A DNA stretch of 64,000 nucleotides from Stegostoma tigrinum (lineage: Eukaryota). Positions within the stretch are counted from its first letter, which is position 1. Every line of letters begins with the position of its first letter. Under the pieces are notes generated by a model, which was not told the DNA's origin, did not search any database, and worked only from the letters and a program-made list of their open reading frames with translations. The DNA is taken from NCBI RefSeq assembly GCF_030684315.1, contig NC_081369.1, positions 2,532,689 through 2,596,688 on the forward strand, read 5' to 3'. Below, piece by piece: positions 1 to 12,665 of the stretch. Position numbers and translations under genes: made by a program.

Positions 1-1208
1 GTGATGGCCCAGGTGAACTGAAGGTTGGGGTGGAGGGAGTTGGTGAAGTGAATGAACTGTTCGAGCTCCTCTGGGGAGCAAGAGGCGGCGCCGATACAGT
101 CATCAATGTAACGGAGGAAAAGGTGGGGTTTGGGGCCTATGTGGGTGTGGAAGAGGGACTGTTCCATGCAACCTACAAAGAGGCAGGCATAGCTGGGGCC
201 CATGCGGGTGCCCATGGCCACCCCCTTAGTCTGTAGGAAGTGGGAGGAATCGAAAGAGAATTTGTTGAGGGTGAGGATGAGTTCGGCTAGGCGGATGAGG
301 GTGTCGGTGGAGGCGGACTGGTCGGGCCTGAGGAACAGGAAGAAGCGGAGGGCCTTGAGGCCATCTGCATGCGGAATGCAGGTGTATAGGGACTGGACGT
401 CCATGGTGAAAATGAGGTGTTGGGGGCCAGGGAATTGGAAGTCCTGGAGGGGGTGGAGGGCATTGGTGGTGTCACGGACGTAGGTGGGGAGTTCCTGGAC
501 CAAAGGGGAGAAAATGGCTTGGTTTGCAATAAACAACTGCACCTCCCAGTCGTAAACCATTTCCACTCCCCCTCCCATTCTTTAGATGACATGTCCATCG
601 TGGGCCTCCTGCAGTGCCACAATGATGCCACCTGAAGGTTGCAGGAACAGCAACTCATATTCCGCTTGGGAACCCCGCAGCCCAATGGTATCAATGTGGA
701 CTTCACCAGCTTCAAAATCTCCCCTTCCCCCACCGCATCCCTAAACCAGCCCAGTTCGTCCCCTCCCCCCACTGCACCACACAAGCAGCCCAGCTCTTCC
801 CCTCCACCCACTGCATCCCAAAACCAGTCCAAACTGTCTCTGCCTCCCTAACCTGTTCTTCCTCTCACCCATCCCTTCGTCCCACCCCAAGCCGCACCTC
901 CATCTCCTACCTACTAACCTCATCCCACCTCCTTGACCTGTCCATCTTCCCTGGACTGACCTATCCCCTCCCTACCTCCCCACCTATACTCTCCTCCCCA
1001 CCTATCTTCTTTTCTCTCCATCTTCGGTCCGCCTCCCCCTCTCTCCCTATTTATTCCAGAACCCTCACCCCATCCCCCTCTCTGATGAAGGGTCTAGGCC
1101 CGAAACGTCAGTGTTTGTGCTCCTGAGATGCTGCTGGGCCTGCTGTGTTCATCCAGCCTCACATTTTATTACCTTGGATTGTCCAGCATCTGCAGTTCCC
1201 ATTATCAC
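1..1208. mobile_element. Penelope-like retroelement (family A), head-to-head inverted pair: minus-strand RT fragment 1-~517 joined to plus-strand 3' part ~518-1208
   Basis: Minus strand encodes PLE RT motifs (FSPWTSSPYTP frame-shifted MDVQSLYT, KGVAMGTRMGPSYA). Plus strand encodes the GIY-YIG C-terminal part (HLPVVNHF...LIFRLGTPQPNGINVDF) and the conserved 3' end (cagcatctgcagttcccattatc). The element runs off the window start. Confidence 0.9.
1082..1111 (+). ncRNA. Minimal hammerhead-ribozyme-like motif in Penelope 3' repeat
   Basis: CTGATGA-A-GGGTCTAGGCCC-GAAACGTC-AG: CUGANGA and GAAA core boxes, a 4-bp stem II and a palindromic ACGU stem III. Confidence 0.7.
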
Positions 1209-1639
1209 TTACACAGAGCGGCGGTTGGGCGTTGTTTTGGTTTATTCATATCTTTTCAGATATGCATTGCTAAATGAGTGACTGTTCTGAAAGTTATCTG
1301 AGCTACAATTTGGCCTAACTGGGCACAAGTGCTTCCCTTTTCAGCCAGTATCCAAACATGTGCCATTCTATTCTGTCACGCTTTTTTACAGACGGCTGCA
1401 ATTTCAGCATTTATTTTGATCCAAGGCCCCTGCAGTATCATTGGGCACCTGTTCTAGGTTATCTATCATGTTGATAGATTGCCTCGTCAGTTTTACAGTT
1501 CTGTCTGAGCGTATCGAAATGCCAATGAATTTCTCTGTCTCTCTAATGGCTGTTGTAAATATTAGCCAATGGTGTATCACAGGGAGGGAGAACAAATAAT
1601 GGGCAAATAGGTGGCAAAAAACTCAAGTAACACAATCCT

Positions 1640-1982
1640 GTCCATGATGAATTTTACACTTGCTGTATCCCATTTCCAGCCCTCTCGTCCGGGTCTTACG
1701 TAAACATAACTCTCCTGTTTGACCTCCCCATTCCAGAGGGTAAGGATCAAGAAAGGAGGTTATTGTGAGGTGCTATAATGAGGCTGATCCCAGCTTTAAA
1801 AGGCTGCCAGGGGCATTCTGGCAAATTAGCCCAACAAGTTGTCCATCTGTTTTGGCTCACTCCTGCACGTAGATTACAACACTCAGTGTTCCTCATCCTT
1901 CCCTTGGGCATGATTTAGAGTTTCTCCCAATAAACTTTCACTGTGGAAGAGGCGCCTTGTGTTTCAATGAAGGCTTGCTTCA
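1640..1982 (+). mobile_element. Possible solo LTR
   Basis: TATA-like ctttaaaagg (~1795), AATAAA (~1929) and an end at ...ttca. No partner LTR in the window and boundaries are uncertain. Confidence 0.3.
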
Positions 1983-2789
1983 AGGTGGCCTGGGACTGTG
2001 TCCCATGGACACAACACCTGGGATTTTACCACCCTTTGATACCAAGAGGACCCTTGTCAAGTTCAGGTACAGGACCATAAGGGGACAACAAATGAGTCAG
2101 GGTTACAGGTTGCTGTGAATCCTAGGTACTCGTGCTGCCCAGTCCCTTTGCCTGTGCATGCTTCTTGTATCCCGCTGACTGCAGTGAACTGATGGATGGA
2201 ATGATTAAATTAATCACTTGACAACCACTTGAAGCACCAATGAGTATATTGTTTTATGCACGTGGGGAACGAGCCTCTGGGCAGTTCAAGGACTTCTTCA
2301 CTGAATAAAGGAAAACATGCAGTTTAGATATAGTCAGTCAGATTATTTCAGCTTTCATCTAACTCCTCATCCAATTACCTGGGTGTAATAACATCAAGTG
2401 AACGAGCGATCAATGCATGGTTAGGGTCTTGTGTACTGGGTGACAAAAAGACCTGGAGCATGGGGCTGAAGTACAGCCAGAAACACAAAAGGAGGTCTTT
2501 AAGATTACAGAAAAGGAAGTGCAAATATCCACACCCAATATCCACATGGTCCATGGACACCACAGTGCCACAAAACAGGCAGTTGGGCTGGGAGTCTGTG
2601 AACGACCGCAATCAGCAGTTATATAGTACTGCTGTGTGCAACATCCTTCCCCCGCAGTTTCCGGAGGGAAAGGGGGAAGAACTCCCATGTAGAGAGCCTT
2701 CCACTGGGGATCCTCGCTGTCTGGTGGTAAATGGGCACGGCAAGGTGTGTTCGGGCGCTGGGTGAAGGATAAGAGATGGATGGTGTACA

Positions 2790-2914
2790 GCAGCAGTCTG
2801 TTCAGGCCACGCCCTGTTTATGTTGGTCAGCCAGGGCTCGCTGATTGGCCCAAGTTAACAACCTCAGTCAAGGATCTCATAGTCAATAAGATTCGCATGT
2901 TTCCAATCACTACA
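2790..2914 (-). mobile_element. LTR fragment
   Basis: Reverse complement begins TGTAGTGATTGG and contains CCAAT followed by a cataaa TATA-like box, as in an LTR U3 region. Confidence 0.35.
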
Positions 2915-3409
2915 AAAACAATTGATGAATTCTCCAGGCCACCTCAACTCTAGCTTTCCTCCCAATAGACATGGACCATGTTCCCACCTGAATATAGCCC
3001 CTGCTTTCTTCCTGATGCATTTCCAGTTTTTTTTTAGAGAAATTGCAACAGAACAAAACTTCAGATATTCGATCCCTGGGAATTTATTGATTCTTGCTTT
3101 GCTTTTGTTTCTTATATTTCCACCTCATTATGTTTGGAACCATCAAGGGATCTTTCCTCCTTCTGCTACTTCTCATTATTATGTTGCTTGCAAGGGTCAA
3201 TATTTTGAAGAATGGCATCTGTTCCCATGTGTACATTTTAGGATATTTAGCGTTAGGCCATAATCACATCTTTCAACCACTACACTACCCCTACAATCTC
3301 AGATGGCGATCCATTATTGGATGAGCTGACATGATGTTTCTTCTGTCAAAAGTTTTAGACTCTATCACAGATACTTTTTCATCACCGTGGAATTTGTTTA
3401 TTTGCTGAG

Positions 3410-3810
3410 ATCATGTTGCTGGGGTTGGAGGGTTTGGTCTACAGGGACAGGGTGAATAAACTGTGGCTATTTTCCCTGCAGTGTCAGAGGCTGAGTGGTG
3501 ACAGGGTAGGGGAGTCCAAAACTGGATGGAATAAGTTTAAGAGAGAGGGGAAACATTTAATATTGATGTAAGGAGCAATGTTTTCATACAGACTGTGGTG
3601 CATCAATGGACTGAGGTGCCAGAGAAAGTGTGGAAGCTGGTGCAATTACAACATTTAAAAGGCATTTGGATGGGCACATGAATAGGAAGGGTTCGGAAGA
3701 TAATGGGTCAAATACTGACAAATGGGACTGGATTAATCTTGGATGTCCGGTCAGCAGGAATGATTTGGACCAAATGGTCTGTTTCGGTGGTGTATAACTG
3801 TATGACTATA
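3410..3810 (+). mobile_element. CR1 LINE 3' fragment
   Basis: Degenerate CR1 ORF2 C-terminus and 3' UTR ending in (tatgac)n-like repeats. Confidence 0.8.
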
Positions 3811-4099
3811 TAACAGGTTCACTACAATCTACTTGAATAATCTAGCTCAGGATGAACTTCAAAGGAAAGAAAATATTCTAAACAATGTCATACGTCTCAT
3901 GATATTCCATGTTCAAACATAACAATGTGGATGTATATCATGCCTTTAATATCTCAAGGATGGAATCAATGTAAATATTGACTCAAACTTTCAAACAGCC
4001 CCATTCTTCAGTTGCAGTTGAAAATCTAATTAATTACAAATATCCAGTGCCTTACCATTTACAAAAGTTGTTAATTTATTTGAAACCTCATCATATTTA

Positions 4100-4420
4100 A
4101 CGTGTGTGCACCTATAAGGAGTGTAGATACGGCAGTTTGGGATAAACATTTCCCAGCATTAGAGGCACCATTAACAAGGGGCACACGTTTAAGATGGGGA
4201 ACAGATGATTTAGAGGGATTTGAGGAATTCTATTTCACCGAGAGGGTTGTAGGTGGCTTGAGCTAATTGGCTAAAAAGCAATGGAGATGGGAAACCTCAA
4301 GAGATTTCAGAAAAAATTGGGTGAGTACTTGAAACAATGTAGGAGACAAGCTGCAGGCCAAGAGTTGGGAAATGGAATTCCAATAAAGTGTTGCTTGATG
4401 ACCACCACAATGGCCAAAAG
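4100..4420 (+). mobile_element. Old CR1 LINE 3' fragment
   Basis: acaagggggcacacgtttaag and ttcaccgagagggttgt match the CR1 TRGH and FFTQRVV region. Confidence 0.6.
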
Positions 4421-5427
4421 ACAGAATTTCCTTGCAGTTAAAAAAAACTGTGACTCTGACTCTCACATCAGCATGTTTATTGTATATTATTTGGGATTTT
4501 TATATCCACATCCACTGGGAGATCATCACATCACGGTTTATGTTACCATTCATAGGCAGTTTCAAAAAACATCACACACAAATAAACGCTCCAAACTCCG
4601 CCAGTTGTGGGCCAACGATGACAATACCAGATTTTTGATGCGATTTGTAATTTATTTCAGAATGTGATCAAAAATGTAATGATGAGAAATGAAATTGAGC
4701 GGGATGTATATTAGCAAAAATGTTAACTTGTGACTTTGTCAATTTTGATTTCATTTTTGTAAACTAGTAATTTAATCTTAAGAATGCTGAACCATAACGG
4801 GAAAAATATTCATCAGTCTCATGGATTTAAACCTTGGCAGTCTGTGGTGGTGTGTATCACACTTTTAGTAAAAGTGTAGTGCATTTGCAGTGTAAAATAA
4901 GGAAATCATTTCACAATATCTTGGCGTATTTCTTGAAAGTTCCAAAATTCACTTGTTACGAAGCAAAGCAAGAAATAAATTGTAGATCGGTTAAATGGTG
5001 AAGCTGATTTTTTTTTGTTAAGGGTGCAAATGTAAAATTATTGTGAGGTCATTCAGATCAAAATCGGTAACGGACAGTTCACAAATGTCTACAGTGCATC
5101 CAATTCTCTGCTCAAAGGCATAGAGATATGCACACATAGTACAAGAGAGAAAGTAAAACAGGAATATGTGGGACAGGAGAAAGCTTTTATTTTGGAGGCC
5201 GTCCACTGAAATGAGATAAATGCACATAGTTTTAAGGGGAAACAACATGCAAGGCAAGGTGTTGTTTGCAGCTTGGAGAAAGTACAAGTGAACTGAACTG
5301 ATGCATATGAAACAATGTTACGTTTTGGAGACATTGGGTCCGCACAATCTGGCACCATTTCTTCTGGGATCAGGACAGCTCAGCGCAATAAGAACCCTCT
5401 GATTGACCTGGCTACGGTTTCACAAAG

Positions 5428-5612
5428 GAAAAAAACAGAAGTTGCTGGAAACGCTCAGCAGGTCTGAAAGCATCTGCAAAGAGAAATCTGAGATAACGTT
5501 TTGTTTCCCGTGATCCTTCCCCAGGACAGTTACTGGGCCTGAAACGTTATCTCTGATTTCTCTGCACAGATGCTGCCAGACCTGCTGACCTTTTCCAGCA
5601 ATTTCACTTTTT
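5428..5612. mobile_element. Palindromic Penelope-derived mini-element (family B)
   Basis: Inverted arms gttgctggaaacgctcagcaggtctg / cagacctgctgaccttttccagcaat; homologous to 39355-39587. Confidence 0.75.
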
Positions 5613-6059
5613 ATTTCTAAATTATAAGTTGAAAGCTCTTTCAGTTTTTATGCAGTTTGACACAGATGCTGTGGAGATAGGAAACAAAATGAGCAGACCT
5701 CCTCAAGCTGTTTGCATCAGTCTCTCTCTCACGGGTTTTTTGGGTCAGGAAAGTGGAATGTCTGTGGTGATTTGGGGTATTCAATTGCTTGACCAGAATT
5801 ATAACAAATATTGGTTTCTCCAAATGTTCCTGGTTGAACAAAGAAATAAGTAGTTGGTGATTCTTTTCACCAAGAAGACAGACAGACTGATGCAACATTG
5901 ACATCCACCACAAAGGAGGTAAATTGGGAATTAGCATTTGGATAAATAAACTGGCTCCTACAGTTGTGCGAATTAAATGCTTCTGACACAGACCACAGAC
6001 TTGAATACAGGTATGGCTTAGATTTCCAGTGTAATTGAGAGTAAAAGTTTTGAGCAAAC

Positions 6060-6833
6060 TGATTGGAGTTTAATGCGGAAAAGTGTGAGGTGATGCACTT
6101 TGGTAGGAGTAACTGGAATGCAAAGTACAGGGCTAATGGTAAGCTTCTTGGTCGTGTAGATGAGTAGAGAGATCTTGGTGTCCGTGTACACGGATCCTTG
6201 AAAGTTGCCACCCAGGTTGACAGGGTTGTTAAGAAGGCATACAGTGTTTTAGCTTTTATTAATAGAGGGATCGAGTTCCGGAACCATGAGGTTATGCTGC
6301 AGCTGTACAAAACTCTGGTGCGGCCGCACTTGGAGTATTGTGTACAGTTCTGGTCACCGCATTATAAGAAGGATGTGGAAGCTTTGGAAAGGGTGCAGAG
6401 GAGATTTACTAGGATGTTGCCTGGTATGGAGGGAAGGTCTGAGGGACTTGAGGCTGTTTTCGTTAGAGAGAAGAAGGTTGAGATGTGACTTAATTGAAAC
6501 ATATAAAATAATCAGAGGGTTAGATAGGGTGGATAGGGAGAGCCTTTTTCCTAGGATGGTGACAGCGAGCACGAGGGGGCATAGCTTTAAATTGAGGGGT
6601 GAAAGATATAGGACAGATGTCAGAGGTAGTTTCTTTACTCAGAGAGTATTAACACTTTGCCTGCAACGGTAGTAGATTCACCAACTTTAAGTACATTTAA
6701 GTCGTCATTGGACAAGTATATGGATGTACATGGAATAGTGTAGGTTAGATGGGCTTCAGATTGGTATGACAGGTCGGCACAACATCGAAGGCCGAAGGGC
6801 CTGTATTGTGCTGTAATGTTCTATGTTCTATGT
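6060..6833 (+). mobile_element. CR1 LINE, 5'-truncated
   Basis: ORFs 6198-6488 and 6286-6672 contain LYKTLVRPHLEYCVQFWSP, LERVQRRFTRM and TRGHSFKL; tail is (ttctatg)n. Confidence 0.95.
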
Positions 6834-6834
6834 T

Positions 6835-7805
6835 GGTAGCTCAGATTATGGATTAGGTTGTTGATTTGGTCGCCAAGCAAGAAGGTTGTTTTGCAGATAT
6901 TTCGTCACTGTACTAAGTAACATCAGTGTGCTTCTGATGAAGCATTGATATGATAGTACTGTTTATTTCCATAGACATCCCCTTACCTAACGAAACACTG
7001 CACATTACAAGATGACCCAATAATGCCGACTGCCTACAACACCAACACCATCAGCAAGGACAGCACCTTAAAACTATTAGATTTATGCCTCACGACCCAC
7101 TTTGCCATCAATGGCCAGGTATACAAACAAATCAATGGAACACCCAGGGGATCACCCATAACAGGACTTATAGCTGAAGCAGTAATGCAAAGACTAGAAC
7201 CGACAGCCCTTCCCACTGTCCAGCCAAAACTGTGGATCTGCTGTGTGGATGACACATTTCTCTTTATCAAACACCCAAAACTGGAAGAAACCTGTCAACT
7301 CATTAACAACGTCCTCACAGGCATAAAATTCAGTGGGGAAGAGGAGAACAACAACTGAGTCCCATTCCTGGACTTAATGGTTGAGGTGAGTTCCAGACCA
7401 GCAAACACAGAAAGGCTACCCATATGGACCAAATACTAAGCTACAACAGCAACCACCCCAGCACTCACAAACAAAGCTGCATCAAGACCTTGTTGAAAAC
7501 AGCCATAACACACTGCAACACCTGGAACTGTGCATAGTCGAAGAAGAACACCTGCACAGCGTCCGTAAGAACAACAGCGACCCAAAAACACACATTCAGC
7601 CAGTACTTACACAACAGACAACAACAGGAAGACACAGCACACCCGGATACAATAATCACCCCGCCACACGTAAGAACGTATCAGAGATGACCACCAGATT
7701 ACTCCAACCACCAGGAATCGCAGTAACACGCAAACCCACAGCTACACTACAACAACTACTGGCAAGAACAAAGGATCCCATACAGACAGCTAACAGGACC
7801 AACGT
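6835..7805. mobile_element. Penelope-like element, second lineage (Poseidon-like): minus-strand 3' repeat 6835-~6960 plus plus-strand RT fragment ~6965-7805
   Basis: ORF 7023-7358 reads TTHFAINGQVYKQINGTPRGSPITGLIAEAVMQRLE...PKLWICCVDDTF (PLE RT motifs). The minus strand near 6893-6927 carries a degenerate CTGATG...GACGAAA hammerhead-like motif. Confidence 0.85.
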
Positions 7806-7860
7806 TCGATCTGAACATCTCTGTGAGAAAAGGATCACAACAGATTGAAACAATTGTTAC

Positions 7861-7988
7861 AGAGATATTGGAACTGCCGATTCTGGAGACCCTGAGATAA
7901 CATGGTGTGAAGCTGGATGAACACAGCAGGCCAAGCAGCATCTTAAGAGCACAAAAGCTGACGTTTCGGGTCAGGACCCTCCTTCAGA
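7861..7988 (-). mobile_element. Penelope family A 3'-end fragment
   Basis: Matches the reverse complement of 1085-1208; flanked by gaaacaat repeats and absent from the paralogous site at ~60308. Confidence 0.85.
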
Positions 7989-9504
7989 AACAATCACTGA
8001 TTTACAGCCATATACATATCCCAAGACCCTTGTAATCCTGTAGAATCAATGGATTCCCGAGACAGAAAATTCTCGATGCAGTTCCCTCATGAGAAGAGCA
8101 TGCCACGACAGAACTACAGTGGAACATTGGAAAAAAAGGTTGCTGAAGCATCAGAATAATGAGATAAACAAATTATTCAATAACCAATTTGTAGGTCATG
8201 CCAATTAAAGAAACAATGTCACCAATTACCAGAATTAAAAATATACTTGAACACAACAAAATAATTAACCCAACATGAGGATCAATTACTCTCAATTTTA
8301 AAATTGTTTTTAATATCAGTTATTTGATAAGGCCTATAATGTTCCTTGCACCAATCTTGTGTCTTCCTAGCTCTCAATAAACTGTGAATGACTTCATTGC
8401 ACTCACTGGTGAAAAGGGGTTACACAGTCAAGAGTCAATGAGAACAATTTGTAGAAATTATCTGAATGAAGTGTTGTCAAATACCTGATGCTGCTGTGTA
8501 GAAGCTTTTAAAAGTAATAAGGAAAGGGATTTTGGCAGGTTAATCTGACATTGCTGCTCAATTCTTTAAGTATAGGAGTAAGAGGTTTATAACTGTGCCC
8601 CACTTTCCTGCATGTATTCAAGGATGTAGCAGTAGTTCATCTCCATGCTCTTCAAATTACAGTGTTACCACACCCTGGGATAAACTGTTTCATCATCTCC
8701 CAGTTAGCTTTTCTGTCAATGTTTTTAAATCCATAACACCCACATCACTGACCTCAATATGAGAGTCACTGACCTTTTTCCCATCTACTATGTCTCGGCC
8801 CATCTCAGTTTTGTGCATCCCAACTAAATGCTCCCTCCGACTCGTCTTGTTTCAATGGCAAAATTGTCCCCCCATTCAATCAAGTCGCAAAACTAGCCCC
8901 CAAAATACCTTGTGTACCTTCTTTAAAGTCATCTTATTTGTGGCAGTTTCCAGTTACAAAACCAGCAGTCCTCATTTGAAAAGGAATGCATTTTTTTTTG
9001 ACTCAGAAGTTAATCATGCACTCATTGACATGCACGTACGTTATGTGATTAAGTTGGAGAAGAGACAAGCATTGAAGAAACATTTGTCTGTCCTGTTCTC
9101 AGACACAACTGATGATCTCAGATTTTACCTGCTGAAATGTCTGTGCATCATTCACTTTGGGCTGTCTGTCTGCTATGCATCTTGTGTGCATGCACACATT
9201 TTTTTCACTCTGCATTCATTATTCATAGGCAAGACACAATGTGAACTTAAAGCTAGATTTGATAAATTAATGGTTACTTTTTATTATTGTCTTTTTTTCT
9301 AAAGTCAGTTATTCCAAGAACTCAGTCACCACTGGATCTGTCTGAAAAAAATATAACATTCAATTAGTACAATAGTTTAAATTTGGAGAATTAGTTGAAG
9401 AGTAAAATGTGGTAAATTGCTTCAATAGCCTGGAATAATTATGTAATTTGGGTGGTGCAGACCGTCCTTCTTGTTTAATCTCAGTGTGTTTCCTTGGTGG
9501 ACAG

Positions 9505-9813
9505 TTGCTGTGGGTAATTCAGCCAAAGTGAATCTGGATCTGACATGAAAAACGGTGTAGAGAGGTTAATCAGTTCTCACACAATGTCCTTTTTCTTCGG
9601 AATTCAACTATTCAAATGTTGTCGCTTCGTGGTGGAGAGAAGGTAATAAAACCTTTCTGTAGGAGGACAGCAAAAAGCTCTTCCGTGTAGTTAGAGGAGA
9701 AGCCAACCTTAAAATTCTGAATGTGACAGTACGGGACGCTGGAACATATCACTGTGCAGTCACATATCAGGATCGAACAATTGGGAAAACTGCTGTGGAA
9801 CTTACTGCATATG
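9505..9813 (+). pseudogene. V-set Ig exon, copy 1 (4 in-frame stops)
   Basis: Bounded by acag| and |gtaagt. Encodes ...QCPFS...SWWRE...ANLKILNVTVRDAGTYHCAVTYQDRTIGKTAVELTAY. Stops at 9546 (TGA), 9558 (TAG), 9567 (TAA) and 9660 (TAG), where copy 2 has CGA, CAG, TCA and CAG. Confidence 0.93.
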
Positions 9814-10017
9814 GTAAGTGTCACCGCAGATAAATACAGAGTCTTAGCTGCTTGAAAACAACTAAGAACAGTGAACAAATCAATTTGTTAGATATAGGCA
9901 TATCATGTAAAATATTTGCAGCTGTTTAACATGAAACGTGTTCAAGAATATGAAGACCTTGATGAATCAGTAACACCTCAAAGTTTGAGATCTACACTGT
10001 ATTAAAAATGAATCAGT

Positions 10018-10985
10018 TGTGGGATTTGGGCATCACTGGCTGGCCAGCATTTATTGCCTGCCCCTAGAGACCCTTGCCCAGATGGCGGTGAGCTGCCTTC
10101 TTGAACCTCTGCAGCCCATGTGCTGTAAATAGATGCACAATGTCATTAGGGGTAAATGGCAGGATTTGACACAGTAACAGTGAAGGAAAAGTGATGTATT
10201 TCCAAGTCAAGATGGTGAGTGGCATTGGAGAAACTTGCGCTGACTGGTGTTCCCATAAGCTTTCTGCCCTTTTACTTTTAGATGTTTGTGATTGTAGGTG
10301 TGAATGGTGTTGTCTCAGGGTTTTTGGTGAACTCCTGCAGTGCATCTTAAAGTTACACAATACCGCTGCTGAGTGCCTGTGATGGAGTGACTGAATGCAT
10401 TGCCTGTCAATGGGCAGCTTTTTACTGGATGGTGTCAAACTTCTTGAGTGTGTTTGGACCTGCTGGCGTGCAGGCAAATGGGGAGCATTCCAACACACTC
10501 CTGACTTGTACCTTGTAGAAGGTGGACAGGCTTTAGGGAGGCAGCGGTTGAGTTACTCACTGCAGTATTCCCAGCCTCTGACCTATGGTTCTATTTATAT
10601 GGCTCCCCCAGTCCTGTTTCTGCTCAATGGTAACCCCCAAGTTGTAGATGGTGGGGAATTCACTGATGAAGGGTCTTCATTTCTGATGAAGGGTCGAGCC
10701 CCGAAACGTCAGCTTTCCTGCTCCTAGGATGCTGCTTGGCATGCTGCATTCATCCAGCTCCATACCTTGTTATCTCGGATTGTCCAGCATTTCTAGTTCC
10801 TATTATCTCTAATTCACTGACGGTGATGCCACTGAATATTAAGGGGTGGATAGTTAGATTGTTTCTTATTGGAGATGGTGTTTGCCTGTGAGCATTTGTG
10901 TGGCCTGCATGCTCATGTCAACTTTTCAGCCCAAACCCAGATGTTGTCCAGTTCTTGCTGCACTTGGTCATGGGTTGCTTCAGTT
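10018..10985 (-). mobile_element. Old CR1-group (L2/Crack-like) LINE 3' part, in V-C1 intron
   Basis: Same family as 28500-29680, 45380-45610 and 62603-63405; diagnostic 3' end ggtgagctgccttcttgaa and cagcatttattgcc. Shared with copy 2, so it predates the duplication. Confidence 0.8.
10667..10810 (+). mobile_element. Penelope family A 3' fragment with 10-bp TSD
   Basis: aattcactga at 10657-10666 and 10811-10820; empty site in the paralog at ~63233; hammerhead-like motif at 10683-10712. Confidence 0.9.
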
Positions 10986-11472
10986 TTATGCATTTGGCTT
11001 TCGGAGGGAAATTGACTGCAATACATTGAAGTTTTTTGTCATTGAATATTGAGTTAGAGAATATCCTCAAAATTACATGTAATGTTCTGCATTTTGAAGT
11101 GATTCATACATCACGAGAAAAGCCAAAGTCTCAGTCCCATCATTTGGATAGATTTTGTTAAATTCCTAGGATCAAGGACCAATTCTTCTCCCTGTTGGCA
11201 AAAGAAAGGTGCAGTATGAAGATTCAATCATGTTTCTATTATTAAGTAGAAACAAATTCTGGAAACCCTTTTTTTCGAAAATGTAGGTGGCATATTGAAA
11301 GGATTTGAGGGGCTTTTTTAAACGTGGTAACGTTGTATAAGTTTCATGTACTGTTCATAGCAACAATGAATGTGACTGTCATGCTGAAATGAATTGATTT
11401 GTTCACTTAAAAGACACTTCTTTGCAGTAGATGCAAAGTTGATTTATCTCTTCTCTGTTATTTACCATTCAG

Positions 11473-11784
11473 CTCCACCAGCTCCTCTGAAAATTGTCTC
11501 TGTGCCATCTGAAGGACTCTTATTCTGCTTCTCTCCAACTCCACTGCAGGACGTCTGAATATTACCCTAAAGCCTTTAACCTTACTTGGCACAAAAATGG
11601 TGCAAACATAATGACAAGATTTGGGAATGAACAGCAAGCAAAACCTGAGGAGCTTTAAAAGTCATCAGCACCATGGAGTTGTGAGAGGCAGTTGGGAGAG
11701 GGACAGTTTGCACATGTCAGGTATATCACTTTTCAAACTCATTTCCAGCAAATGCCTGTTATACTGTTACTGTTGTGAATAAAG
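11473..11784 (+). pseudogene. C1-set Ig exon, copy 1 (frameshifted)
   Basis: ttcag| acceptor. Reconstructed APPAPLKIVS...LQLHCRTSEYYPKAFNLTWHKNG...VISTMEL*...GTVCTCQVYH, showing C1 hallmarks C-x4-F/Y-Y-P, W-x-K-N-G and C-x-V-x-H. Has a +1 frameshift (~11522), a -1 frameshift (~11658), a stop, and a donor apparently mutated to ataaca. Confidence 0.9.
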
Positions 11785-12099
11785 ATAACATTTCATATCA
11801 TTTGGTACATTGAATACACGAGTCAACAGGTTATGTTGAATATGCAGAAAGTGGTGATGACAGTTTGCAAGTGATTACATGAAAAGACAATTATTTGCAT
11901 GTGATTGTGTCAAAGTTGAAATTAGGCCCCATTGTCTGGATTAAAGTTTTCTTTCTTCCTGCTGTTTGGAGCTGATATGCAGTTGTCAATGCACTTTAGC
12001 ACAACGGGAATACAGTCTTCAACATAGGTCATACAATTATTTTGTTCATACACTGACAACTCGCAAAGGGCTGCATGGTCAATGTTCATTCCTGAGAAA

Positions 12100-12665
12100 G
12101 GTCAGGCCACATTTGGAGTATTGCATGCAGTTCTGGTCATTCTACTAGAGGAAAGATATCATTAATTAGAAAGAGTGCAAAAAAGATTTCCCGCAATCCT
12201 ACATGGACTGCAATATTCGAGTTGTAAGGAGAGGCTGGATAGGCTGGGACATTTTTTTACTGGACACATGGGCTCAGGGTGACCTTAGAGAGGTCTATAA
12301 ATTGATGAGAAGCAGCGAAAAGTAGACAGCCAACAGCTTTCCCCCATGGTAGGGGAGTCTAAAACTGGAGAGCATAGGATTAAGGTGAGAGGGAAGGCAT
12401 GCAAAAGAGTCCAGAGGAGCAATTGATTTAAACACAGCAATGAGGATGGTGAATGTTTTGAATGAACTGTCAGAGTTAATGATGGAGGTGATTACAGTTT
12501 TGTCATTTAAGAAACGTTAGGACAGGCACATGGATGGAATTGGTTTGGAGGGATATGGACTAAATACAGGCATGTGGGACTAGTTTAATTGTGAAAACTG
12601 GGCAGCATGGACAAGTTGGGCTGAAGGGCCTGTTTTCATGTTGAAATCTCTATGACTGTATGAAA
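12100..12665 (+). mobile_element. CR1 LINE 3' fragment
   Basis: VRPHLEYCMQFWS motif, CR1 3' UTR and tatgac tail. Confidence 0.88.

Larger units (their letters stand above)
7811..11570 (+). repeat. Segmental duplication, copy 1 (paralog of 60271-64000)
   Basis: Colinear similarity across non-repetitive intron sequence, the V exon, a shared LINE insertion and the C1 exon. Confidence 0.95.

Noticed and set aside
5089-5358. Minus-strand ORF containing ITIM-like VSYASV
   Set aside because: Single short motif with no supporting exons on that strand; compatible with chance.
5428-5612. DNA-transposon MITE or microRNA hairpin
   Set aside because: The arms match Penelope 3' ends, and sister copies have long variable TSDs and a one-sided tail.
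8790-9302. 170-aa ORF upstream of the V exon
   Set aside because: No domain; starts in a CR1 remnant and is not kept open in the paralog.
9300-10000. Rearranging Ig/TCR V segment with RSS
   Set aside because: The V exon includes its G strand and ends in a GT donor; no CACAGTG-spacer-ACAAAAACC was seen after either V exon.
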